A DNA stretch of 64,000 nucleotides from Octopus sinensis. Lineage: Eukaryota. Below the pieces are notes generated by a model, which was not told the DNA's origin, searched no databases, and worked only from the letters and a program-made list of their open reading frames with translations. Shown here piece after piece: positions 52,670-64,000 of this stretch; positions within the stretch are counted from its first letter, which is position 1; the number at the start of each line of letters is the position of its first letter. The DNA lies in contig NC_043003.1 of assembly GCF_006345805.1 (NCBI RefSeq), forward strand, positions 3,162,001 to 3,226,000, written 5' to 3'. A program made the translations under genes and the position numbers.

Positions 52670-54250
52670 TCTTCTGGAGGAAAACTGTATTTTTCTCCTC
52701 AATGCTGCATGATGTTGTCATTTTAAGCCCAAGTTGTCATTTGGTCCAATTTGTCATTTTAAGCCCAAGTTGTCATTTGATCCAATTTGTCATTTTAAGC
52801 CCAAGTTGTCATTTGGTCCAATTTGTCATTTTAAGCCCAAGTTGTCATTTGGTCCAATTTGTCATTTTAAGCCCAAGTTGTCATTTGGTCCAATTTGTCA
52901 TTTTAAGCCCAAGTTGTCATTTGGTCCAATTTGTCATTTTAAGTCCAAGTTGTCATTTGGTCCAATTTGTCATTTTAAGTCCAAGTAAGTCAAATAGTGG
53001 TCAGTGGTGAACACATACATGCTGGTATCTAAATCCGTTACCATACGACAGGAAAGTCTTTCAACATTTATCATTTTACTGCAGCATCCAAATCCTCCAT
53101 GGCACTCATTTGTCATCTGAATGCTGGCGGTTGTGATCTCGTAACTCACCCTGAAGAGGATCTGTGACCGCTTGTCAGCCATGTGTGACTTTAGAGAAGA
53201 TTGCAATTATGCTGCAACCAATACCAGGGCAAACCATACATCCAACCATTGATATATGTCAAGGGTGAAAAGCTAAAAGTCATGGATATGTTAGTCTGCC
53301 CTGGTAGTACACTATCTATATTTAATACACCAGACGAAGAGGTTGGTTTTAGAATTTCTTAGGTCTATGGTGTGTTTGGAAAGCTTGAATCGAGGCTTTG
53401 GTTGCAATTAGACATGAAAGTAGCCATGAAATTTGTGGTCTATGAAGGACATGTCTTAACAGTGCTCTTGTATGGATGCAAGACCTAGTAAACCTATTTC
53501 TTTATTACCCAGAAGGGGCTAAACACAAAGAGGACAAACAAGGACAGACAAATGGACTACTTTTTTAATTGACCCCGAAAGGATGAAAGGCAAAGTCAAC
53601 CTTGGTGGAATTTGAACTCAGAGTGTAATGGCAAACAAAATACGGCTAAGCATTTCGCCCGGCGTGCTAACGGTTCTGCCAGCTCACTGCCTTTAAACCT
53701 ATTGAGGGAATTTTGAATGAGTTGAGCAATTCCATCAGCAATACCTGTGTAATGTCCTAAAGATCTCATACTGACCGCATGTACCTGATACAAGAGTACT
53801 GCTGCCAATGGAGATGATGATAATGAGTTCTTTATTATGAAGCATTAATTTAAATGATTCGGTCATCTGGTTTGTTTAGAGGATACCTGCATGTCACAAG
53901 AGATGGCTGATGGTAGGCTGGAGTAAGGAAATTGTCCTTAGTGCAAGCCATGCAAGTATTTTGAAGACAATCTTAGACACACTTAAAAATATCAACACAC
54001 CCGGGAAGATCTTGCATAGGATAGGGAGCTGTGGAGAAATCGGGTTGATACTGTTGTTAAAGAATCTCAAAACAACAGGGTTACATACACTGAGTGGAAA
54101 TGAGCTGGTAAATATATGGAGGATGTGCGCCCTCTTCTTGTGAAGGGCATGAACAAGTCTCTTTCGTGTGACCTGTGTGGTGTCTGCTTCTCAAAAGCAG
54201 ACCAACCCAGCCACAAGAGAAGTCAAAGAAGTACCCCCATCTACCCATGT
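52670..54250 (+). mobile_element. Heavily decayed RTE (BovB-like) LINE, interrupted by a SINE
   Basis: GI.IRY.T.GK.FN, C.LV.H.EEDL, LLYGC.TW, LEQFHQ..L..L and C..C...S..HKR motifs across stops. Confidence 0.75.
52715..52985. repeat. 36-bp minisatellite (about 7.5 copies) inside an RTE remnant
   Basis: Unit TTGTCATTTTAAGCCCAAG+TTGTCATTTGGTCCAAT (related 19- and 17-bp subunits). Confidence 0.9.
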
Positions 54251-54491
54251 GACACAACTTCTATAGCAGAGTGTATGAGTCGGTCAGTTGACTCAGTTGG
54301 CATTGTAGATCCCACCACTATCCAGATGCTGCTGGACGGCTGACATGTGGTCAGTGTGAAATTATTTGTAAGTCCCTTGCAAGCCTTAGCTGCCATATGA
54401 GACATCATCAGTGATGGGGGTAGGCCAAACGTGAGATGTTGCTTAGAATGAAATGGTTTTATTTCCACCATGCATGCATGCAGGCATGTCT

Positions 54492-54566
<75 letters not shown>

Positions 54567-54574
54567 TTATGCCA

Positions 54575-54707
54575 TTGTTCACTTTTTTTTCAAGATTTCT
54601 TGCCAATGGAGAAAGAACTGGTTTCTAACCTTGATTCAAGGCTCCTTCAATGGAATATTTTAACAGCAACAGCAGGGTATTTTTGTTTGTTTGTATGTAT
54701 GTATGTA

Positions 54708-54740
<33 letters not shown>

Positions 54741-55225
54741 TATGTATGTATGTATGTATGTATGTATGTATGTATGCATGTATGTATGTATTATGTACGT
54801 ATGTATGTATGTTTGTAAGTATGTATGTATTTATGTATACATTTTTGTATGTATGTATGTATGTATGTGCATATTTGTATGTTTTATGTATGTAATCTCA
54901 TGCATATAGTCGCATATCTAGACATGTTCATATATATTTAAATGCTAAACTTCTGTAAAGTTTTATAGATTTTTCCAGATTTTTAGTTCCAGAGATCTGA
55001 AGTCTTCAAATCAACTTTCTCCTTTCTGGTTTTAAGAAGCCTAATTTCTCAAGATTGGTATTTAGGCATTGTGTTACATATCCCAGGACGCCAATAATTA
55101 CAGGTATAAACTTGAATTTGTAATCTGGATAGAGTAACTGCAGATTTCTCAATAGTTCAGCACAGGTGTTCTCTTTGTCACTGATCTTCAGCTTTATGTT
55201 AACATCCGTTGGGCAGCTAATTTCC
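54575..55225 (-). mobile_element. RLE-type non-LTR retrotransposon 3' fragment (copy A)
   Basis: VMEISCPTDVN...LLYPDYKFKFIPVIIGVLGYV...LEKLGF, followed by a 3' UTR and flanked by (TACA)/(CA) repeats. Confidence 0.75.
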
Positions 55226-55671
55226 ATAACTGCATGTATGTATGTATGTAAGTGTGTGTATATGTATGTGTGTATGTATGCATGCATGCATGTATGTATG
55301 TGTGTGTATGTTTGTATGTATGTGTGTGTGTGTATGTATGTATGTATGTATGTATGTATGCATGTATGTATGTGTATGTATGTATGTATGTAGTATGTAT
55401 GTATGTATGTATGTATGTATGTATGTATGTATGTATGTATGTATGTATGTATGTATGTATGTATGTATATGTGTGTGTGTATGTATGTATGTATGTGTGT
55501 GTGTGTGTATCTGTTGTGTTTATGTCTTTGACAAGTCGGCATCGTCCAAATGCGAATGACTGGTGTATGTAATGGAGCTGTTATGAGCGAATGAAATAAC
55601 AGCTGAACTTGGTGCAGCATCAGTGCCACAGCTCAGTGATGGAAATGAGAAAGAAATGATGTTGTACTCAC

Positions 55672-55875
55672 CGGAACACTCTATGAAGACTTTGGACCAT
55701 TTTGAAGCCATCAGACACCAAGAGGTGTGAGGCCCACCTTCAGAGGTAAAACCACTTCTACACTTGTAAGTCACATTACTCCAAAATTTGTCAGGTACAC
55801 TCAACCCATTTGTGATTTTTCCATTAACCATAAAATCAGTATAAGGTAACATGGGAGGAGGACCACACTTGACAT
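55672..55875 (-). CDS. Sushi/CCP domain exon 3
   Basis: 204 nt, phase 1-1, tcttgaaattAG / G|GTGAGT. DVKCGPPP...VTYKC...G...SWC..SKWS....C has the four-Cys plus Trp CCP pattern. Confidence 0.85.
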
Positions 55876-57202
55876 CTAATTTCAAGAAGAAAGCAACAAT
55901 TAATTTGACGCAACAATTCAATAATGACTAAAAGAAAATATCAATAAAAAATATGGCAGCTAATTTCTACAGTAAAAGACCCATGATATATTCAAGGAAT
56001 GATTGATATTTTATCCCCTTAGCTATACAGATGTAGCTCCTGTCGTTGATGGACTATCAAGTCATCTATCCGATGCCAGTGGACAGCTTTGCCACATGAA
56101 GACGTCTACATGAATGATGTGACTAACGAATGGGGGTCACAATATTCTCACCTACAAGCTGTCTCTAAATTCCCTTCTTCTCCAATATAGACGACCCTCT
56201 TCATCGATTCGATGCCCTTAATGCACGTGCCCTGTGTGTTTGCCGGTCGGCAATGATATGGCACAGTGGAGGGGACTCCCTTAAATTGCCAGATCTTTAT
56301 TACTCTAGTGATGCTTCTAGTTCACACTTGAAGTGGTTCTTTTGCATGCATTGTCAGGACGTCATTATCATCATCATCATCGTTTAATATCCGTTTTCCA
56401 TGCTGGCATGGGTTCGATGGTTTGACTACTGCACACATACATGCACACACTACTGCATACACACACACACTACTGCACACACGCATGCATTACTGCACAC
56501 AAACACTGCTGCATGTGCACACACATGCACTACAGCACACACATACTACTGCACACATGCACTACTGCAGCTAGGAGGCTGCACCAGGCTCCAATCTGAT
56601 CTGGCAAGGTCTCTACAGCTGGATGCCCTTCCTAATGCCAACCACTCCGAGAGTGTAGTGGGTGCTTTTTACATGCCACTGGTATGGGAGCCAGTCAGGC
56701 AGCACTGGTATCGGTCACATTTGAGTGGTGCTTTTTACGTGCTACCAGCATAGAGAGCCAGTCAGGCGGCACTGGCAACGATGTTGTGAACTTGTTATTT
56801 GATTCACCGCTGATTTGGTTTGGATACATGATTCTGATAATCCACAAAGAATGGTGAAACATCCTAAATGGGATTTGGGGAAAGTTGTCTCACCTGTCCA
56901 AAACTTTCAGGTGTTTTAAGACCCAGTGGTTTGACAGAGTCAAATCCCTTTCGTCAAATCACAGCCTACCAACAAATACGCAGTGTGTGTGTGTGTGTGT
57001 GTGTGTGTATGCAGTAGTGTGTGTGTGTGTAGTATATGGGGGTACAAGCTATGTATATGACTGTGTGGAGAATGAATTGAAAATAAAAATATTTTAATTT
57101 AAATCAAGAAATTAAAATAAAAATTTTAAAAATTAAAATTAAATTTAAAAAATCTTTTAGGAATTAAAATTTTTAGAAAATAAAAAAAAAATTACATATA
57201 TA

Positions 57203-58375
57203 ACGTGGTATGAAAAAGTTCTTGGATTAGTTCTGTAGTGCACCAACAGATGGCAGCACATGGTTGCATGCACACTGAGAGCTAGCAGTGGCCTTCATGA
57301 GGCCATGCACTGTGTGACACTGATGTGCTTACTTCACAAGTTGTGAAATTTGTGTTTTTGTGATCATATGTATGGGATAGTCTGCAATTTTTGTCATTGA
57401 AAGAAAGTTGGAACAAAGCGCCAATGTGAAATTTTATGTTAAATTTGGGAAGTCTGTTACAGAGACATTCAGCATGCTTTGGTAAGCGGTCTGGAGGACG
57501 ATGAGCGGTCTGGAGGACGATGAGCAGTCTGGGGGACGATGAGCGGTCTGGAGGATGATGAGCAGTCTGGAGGACAATGAGCGGTCTGGAGGGCGATGAG
57601 CGGTCTGGAGGATGATGAGCAGTCTGGAGGACAATGAGCGGTCTGGAGGATGATGAGCAGTCTGGAGGACGATGAGCGGTCTGGAGGGCAATGAGCAGTC
57701 TGGAGGATGATGAGCGGTCTGGAGGATGATGAATGGTCTGGAAGATGATCAGTGGTCTGGAAGATGATCAGTGGTCTGGAAGATGATCAGTGGTCTGGAA
57801 AACAATGAGTGGTCTGGAGGACAATGAGCAGTCTGGAAGACGATGAGTGGTCTGGAAGACGATGAGCGGTCTGGAAGACCTGGCACACAAGTCACCCCCA
57901 GAAATGTGGAGAAAATTCATGAGTTTGTACATGAAGATCATCGGAGGACAATCAATCAGATTGTTGATGTTGTTGGTCTGTTGTATCCAGGCAGGTAATC
58001 CTAACATCTGGATTTTTCATGACAACAATGCACCTTGTTGCTGAGCTCTCCTCACAGGTAAGTTTCTTGCCAAAAACAACATGGTATTGCTTTCCTTCCC
58101 ACACCCTTCCATTTGCCAGACTTCCATCTCTTCCCCAAGATGAAAATGCAGCTCAAAACTTGCCGTTTTAACACCATTGTCAAGATCCGGAGCAAATCAC
58201 AGAAGGTCCTCAACACTCACTTATGGAAAATGACTTCCAGGCTGGATTCCAAAAGCGGCAGGAATGCTGGGACCGATGTATTGCTGCACAAAGTGACTAT
58301 TTTGAAGGGGAGGATGTTAAAACTGAGTTATATTTCATTAAACATAACTAGTCCAAGAACTCTTTGATACCATGT
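57203..58375 (+). mobile_element. Mariner remnant carrying a minisatellite
   Basis: 28-bp TIRs acgtggtatgaaaaagttcttggattag and complement. N-terminal HTH, EDDERSGRP and F.LFPKMK..LK motifs. Confidence 0.85.
57486..57879. repeat. 19-bp minisatellite (about 21 copies)
   Basis: Unit GCGGTCTGGAGGACGATGA with variants. Confidence 0.92.
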
Positions 58376-58604
58376 GTGTGTGTATATATGGTGGGATTCC
58401 AGACAGATTCTGTCTTTCAAATTCACTTACAGGGCATTGGTTGGCTGAAAGTGATAGTAGAAGATACTTCCCCAAGGTCTCATGCAGAATAACTGAACAT
58501 GAAACCAAGTGGATACCAAGAGAACTTCTTCACCACACATCTATACACACATATAAAATATACGTGCATATTTGTGTGTATGTACATTCTCATATATGTA
58601 TATG

Positions 58605-58996
58605 TATGTATGTCATTATTCAGTTTTATTTCAAGATTTCTTGTCAATAGAGAAAGAACCGGTTTCTAACTTTGATTCAAGGCTCCTTCATTGGAATTTC
58701 AACATCAACAACAGGGTATTTTTGTAAGTATGTATATATGTATATGCACAGATTTGTATGTTTCATTTTATGTATGTATTCTCATGCATATAGCCACATA
58801 TCTAGACATGCTCATATATATTTAAATGATAAACTTCTGGAAAGTTTTACAGATTTTTACAGTTCCATTGATGGATTGGATCTGTAATCTTCGAATTAGC
58901 GTTCACCTTTCTGGTTTTGAGAAGCCTAATTTCTCAAGATTGGTATTTAGGCAGTGTGTTACATATCCCAGGGCCCCAATAATTACAGGTATAAAC
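58605..58996 (-). mobile_element. RLE-type non-LTR retrotransposon 3' fragment (copy B)
   Basis: Highly similar to 54575-55110 but truncated further 3'; flanked by (TACA)n. Confidence 0.75.
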
Positions 58997-59100
58997 CTGA
59001 TGTATGTATGTATGGTGCTTGTGTGTTTGTGTGTCTATGTCTCTGTTGTGTTTATGTCTTTGACAATGTGATTGAGATGAGAAAGAAATGATGTACTTAC

Positions 59101-59304
59101 AGCGACATGTTATGGTGACATTTGACCATTTTGAATTCAACTGACACACAGAATTCTGAGATCCACTTAAATAAACATTATATTCACTACAGCTGTAGGT
59201 CACCATAGTGTTAAACGTGCCGGGTACATCTGATGGTTGCACGTTTACTCCGTCAATGGACAACGTTATGTTGAGCAATGCAGGAGGATGGGCACAGTTG
59301 ACAT
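59101..59304 (-). CDS. Sushi/CCP domain exon 2
   Basis: 204 nt, phase 1-1, ttcccttaaaatcAG / GTAAGT. DVNCAHPP...VTYSC...SVC..SKWS....C. Confidence 0.85.
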
Positions 59305-59961
59305 CTGATTTTAAGGGAAAAATGTCTCTATTAATTTTACCATTTATCTTTTATAATTTGTTTACTTTAGTCATTAGACTGCGGCCATGCTGGGGCATCA
59401 TCTTGAAGAACTTTTAGTCAATCAAATTGACCTCAGGACTTATTTCCACCTTTTTTAAAACCTGGTTTTTATTTTATTTGTCTCTTTTGCCAAAAGGCTA
59501 AATTATTGGGGGGTGTGGTGGCATAAATGCATCAAGACTAGTTGCCAAGCAGTGGTGGGGAACATAGACAGGAACACACATGCACACATCAGTGGTGAAG
59601 GGTCCAGAATGCAGGCCAATCGCCAAGGCAGAAAGAAGGGCAATGCAGCTTTACTCTCCTACACACCAAAAATTATTTGTTCCCCCTCAATGTGCTCTTC
59701 TAGAAACAGGCCACGTGGCAGGCTAGATACCCCTTTCCACTGGATTTGATGTTCCTTCATTAACAATACCCTGGTGACCGGCCTGCCATGATGACCATTA
59801 TTGGTTACAAGAGAAATCTGAGAAAACAACGGAACCTACAAATAATGAGCTGTTTAGAATTTATTTGGGAATCAGTTCAATTCTTTGTTTCTTTTTGGGA
59901 AATCCATCAAACACTTTACTATAAAATATATCTGCACCATGCTCTACATTCATCTTCTTAA

Positions 59962-60183
59962 CCCTTTCGTTACCAACCCGGCTGAAACCGGTTCTGGCTC
60001 TGTAGTACAAGTGTCTTGTTTTCATAAGTTTTTAATTAAAATCTTCCACCAAGCCTTAGTCTCAATTTATGTTCCTAACACTGGCTTAATGGTAACTAAG
60101 TTAATTTACTAAATTCTTTGTTATATTTAAATTTAATTGAAAGAAACACAGAGCATCTCAACAGAAATATGGTAATGAAAGGG
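59962..60183. mobile_element. piggyBac-type MITE
   Basis: TTAA|CCCTTTC ... GAAAGGG|TTAA. Confidence 0.85.
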
Positions 60184-60189
60184 TTAATA

Positions 60190-60860
60190 AGGTCTTTATT
60201 GATGGAAATGAAGATTGAATTACTCAATCTTTCTTCTCTTTGTACCAAATTAAGTGAATGTGCATAGCAATATAGGAATATGGTATTCACATGAAAAACC
60301 TTCTTTACTTTTGCTTGCACTCTCTTCAAATGCCACCATGCTCGCTTCATCATAAGTTTGTGTGACAAACTTTTGGCCACAACTGAATTCCTTAATAGAT
60401 TTTCAAACTTCTGTTAGTGATGCAGTTTTTCCATCTTTACTGGCATCGACGTATCCCAAAAACCTTTCTTGAGGCCATTTCTTTCTCATCAACAAATTTC
60501 AAGACATGTGACAATTGAGATTTCTTTGCCTCATCAAAAATAACAGCAACAAATGCTGTTTTTTCGATCGTCACCTTAATATCACCTTCACTCGTAGCTG
60601 CTATGCAAAAGAGACTGATCTCATTTTGAATATCACTTGAAAGTTCAGAAAATGGGTTGATGGCATTTTTCTTCACAAAATCTAAAAGTGATCTTCCACT
60701 ACAGCTACACATAGAAACAGAAAATTACTTTTATTCTTTGATTCTTCAGTTTCATCATGTCCCCCAAATTGTAATTCTTCACAGCTCAAAATTTCAATAC
60801 ATGAATTAACAACTTCAATGTATCAATATTTTTCTCAACTCTTATGGAACTGAATTAAAG
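60190..60860 (-). mobile_element. hAT (ZMYM1-like) transposase remnant
   Basis: S.DIQNE, IFDE...SQLS.VL.FVD and Q.KVK....IF..CYAHSLNLV (CxxH) motifs across frameshifts. Confidence 0.75.
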
Positions 60861-62592
60861 CTACTTTTCAGTGATCAATCGTTGTATCAGTTTGTTGTCA
60901 CCTTCAGGTTTTCAGAGCAATTATGGAATTTAGATGGTTCTAAGATTTTATTGCTTTGTCAAAACTATAATCATCATCATCATCATCGTTTAGCATCCGC
61001 TTTCCATGCTAGCATGGTTCGGACAGTTCAACTGGGGTCTGGGAAGCCAGAAGGCTGCACCAGGCCCAGTTTGATCTGGCAATGTTTCTACGGCTGGATG
61101 CCCTTCCTAACGCCAACCACTCCATGAGTGTAGTGAGTGCTTTTTACGTGCCACCAGCACAGGTGCCAGATGGGGCTGGCAAACGGCCACGATCGGATGG
61201 TGCTTTTTATGTTCCACCGGCACGGGGGCCAGGCGAGGCTGGCAACGGCCACGAACGGATGGTGCTTTTTACGTGCCATCAAATTATGCAAATCCCAGTA
61301 GCCAGGAGTCGACCACGTATTCTTATGCTGACAAAATAACAGACATGGGAAGCAGCAAAAATTTCTTCAGAATGGTACATCTTGTCATTCACCCATACGG
61401 TTCATAATACGTGGAGTCAAAATAAGGATGAAATTCCTCACTGCCCATTTTTTGTTTTGATTTGCATTTTGGTCTTTGGTTTCTCTTTCCTTCTTATCTA
61501 CAAAGCTTCTTGTTGCAAAGCTCAAGAAAGTAGAGATGAAACTGAGCAAATGGATTCCTTTGCCATCCTGGAGGGGAATGAAAGCAGGAAAAATGTTACT
61601 GGCTTTTAATCTTTTTAAATGAATCAATGCTTTATTCTAACCAAAAATTTAGGGGCTCCCTTTTAATTGTTTCAGTCGGCATGTAAGAGAACCATCCAAA
61701 CTTGGCCGTTGCCAGCGCCGCCCCGGCTGGCCTTGTGCCGGTGGCATGTAAAAAGCACCATCCATTCGTGGTCGTTGCCAGCCTCGCCTGGCCCCCGTGC
61801 CGGTGGCACGTAAAAAGCACCCACTACACTCACGGAGTGGTTGGCGTTAGGAAGGGCATCCAGCCGTAGAAACATTGCCAGATCAGATTGGAGCCTGGTG
61901 CAGCCTTCTGGCTTCCCAGACCCCAGTTGAACCATCCAACCCATGCTAGCATGGAAAGCGGACGCTAAACAATGATGATGATGATGATGATGATTAGACT
62001 GCTGCCAAGCTGGAGCACCTCCTTGAAGGATTTTAGTCGAATGAACCTTTTTTCCAAGTTTTGGTCCTTATTCAACTGCTAAGTTACGGGAATATAAACA
62101 CACCACCATCGGTTGTTAAGTGATGTGGGGGGGGGGGCAAACACTAGCACACACACAGACATATATTTACAATGGGCTTCTTTCAGTTTCCATCTCCCAA
62201 ATCCACTGACAAGGCTTTGGTCAGCTTGAAGCTGTAGTAGAAGATATTTGCCCAAGGTGCCACACAGTGAGACTGAATCCATGACCAAATACTTGGGAAG
62301 CAAGCTTCTTACCTCACAGTCATGCTTGATTACTTTTTTAATGTAAACTTTCTTTTAAATAATTTTGAATATTTAAAATCAAATTTTAAAGCATTGACAA
62401 ATGGATGAAAACTTTACTTTTTGAATTACAAAAGAAAATAAACTTTGCCAATTGCTTCTTTTTGTTCCAAAAGGGAACTGGTCAATAAGGAATCCCTGGA
62501 GTTACATGAAAGTAACTTTTGCAGGTCATGCTCCAGCATGGCCGAATTTCAATGATTGAAACCTGTGAAAAAAAGAATATAGCTGTACTTAC

Positions 62593-62796
62593 AAAGACAC
62601 TGGATAGTGACAGGTGTCCAGGTAGAATCTGCCTCACATGTGGATGTTACAGAGCCATTTATTTTGACATAATCTTCAAGACAGTGATATGTCACCTCAC
62701 TTAGGTAAGAGTGAGGGACATCACTCGCATTGACGGTCGCTCCATCAACAGACATACTAGTATTTGGTATAATAGCAGGAATTCCACATTCGATTG
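62593..62796 (-). CDS. Sushi/CCP domain exon 1 (in window)
   Basis: 204 nt, phase 1-1, cttcttaaattAG / GTAAGT. IECGIP...VTYHC...G..TSTC..STW....C. Confidence 0.85.
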
Positions 62797-63789
62797 CTAA
62801 TTTAAGAAGACAATGACAATTTCAGGTACAAAAATCAATCAGGATTTCATTTCATTATTGGGAACCAGTAAAAGGGTAGAAAAGAATACATACAAAATAT
62901 GAAATGGTATGTCCCTGAATGAAATACTTATCTAGAAATGAGCTGCACCATATCTAGAGAAAAATTAACTTTTTTTTTATGAGATTATTACTATGGAATC
63001 TAAAGGTTATCAACAGATCATGCAGCTTACGAGGATTAGAGAAAGATGAGCATTTTTGCAAAGATATACTGGGTTAAATGCATTGCAGTAAATGGAGGAT
63101 AGTATCTATTTCTTTATTGCCCACAAGGGGCTAAACACAGACGGGACAAACAAGGACAGACAAACGGATTAAGTCGATTACATCGACCCCAGTGCATAAC
63201 TGGTACTTATTTAATTGACCCCGAAAGGATGAAAGGCAAAGTCGACCTCGGTGGAATTTGAACTCAGAATGTAACGGCAGACGAAATACTGCTAAGCATT
63301 TCGCCCGGCGTGCTAACGTCTCTGCCAGCTCGCCGCCTTAGTGGAGGATAAGTCTCAGCTGGTAGAAGCAGTTCTGTTGGCTAACCAACATCTTAAGAAT
63401 GGAACTTAGTAGACAGAAGTAGCATAACACTATATAAGCAAAAATATTTTAAACACGTTGAAATATAACATACTTGATGCAAAATCATTAGAAATGTGTC
63501 GACGTTGATCTGTTTGATTGCCATGAGCAGGACACGTGACACACTCATGTAATCACACGAAAAACACAGGATATAAACATGTTTTCAGTTTCATTTGGGT
63601 AAATACACAAAACGAAAAAGGAGGGCATTGTGAATGCAGCGTTAGTACAGCTGAAAACATACATATTTAATCCAGTGTCTCAACAGAACTAAAGGATGTT
63701 GTCATACACCAGGGATCAAAATGTGCCTTCAGTTCTTTTTTTTTTCTTTTAATTGCTTCATTCTTTTTCATTTTGCCCCAAATTGTTAA

Positions 63790-63960
63790 ATCAAATCATC
63801 TTCTTGTTGTTGTGGAGGCCTTCCAGACGACCTTTTCGATCTCTTGAATCAAAAATTGCACAGACCCACCTGTTGTTTGTAAACCTTGCAACCTGTCCGG
63901 CCCAGTGGTTGAACTTGCGCTTTCAGTATTCTGTGATTATGTTCGTCACACCACTGCTTT
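63790..63960 (-). mobile_element. RTE LINE C-terminal fragment
   Basis: Minus strand reads VARFTNNRWVCAIFDSR..KGR. Confidence 0.5.
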
Positions 63961-64000
63961 CTCGAATTACCTCATTTTAGATATACTCTCAAAATAATAC

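Noticed and set aside
52702-53010. Repetitive ORF (VILSPSCHLVQF)n
   Set aside because: It is the reading of a 36-bp minisatellite within an RTE remnant.

Overview
AT-rich, microsatellite-laden eukaryotic DNA. The SINE/LINE repertoire looks like Octopus (coleoid cephalopod); this is inferred from repeat families, not from a search. Three partial host genes, all on the minus strand, can be built from splice signals and phase. (1) A secreted protein: signal-peptide exon 6617-6796 and micro-exon 2438-2483, continuing off the left edge. (2) A probable beta-propeller protein with a C-terminal SOCS box: exons 38508-38660, 27463-27583 and 25525-26479, plus a candidate upstream exon at 39631-39802. 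(3) A CCP/sushi-repeat protein: three 204-nt phase 1-1 exons at 62593-62796, 59101-59304 and 55672-55875. The rest is mostly decayed transposons: RTE, CR1 and RLE-type LINEs, Penelope-like elements (PLEs), Tc1/mariner, hAT, piggyBac- and MULE-type MITEs, non-autonomous Helitrons and tRNA-derived SINEs. Most long ORFs in the supplied track are microsatellite artefacts. The best candidate for an undescribed system is a tRNA-headed, SINE-like element carrying a minimal hammerhead ribozyme. It appears twice as a head-to-head inverted dimer (about 13.0-13.6 kb and 33.9-34.4 kb), alongside other PLE-type hammerhead motifs. Second is a possible N-terminal extension of the SOCS-box gene that is interrupted only by two in-frame UGA codons. 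Everything was read by eye; no database search or folding program was run.
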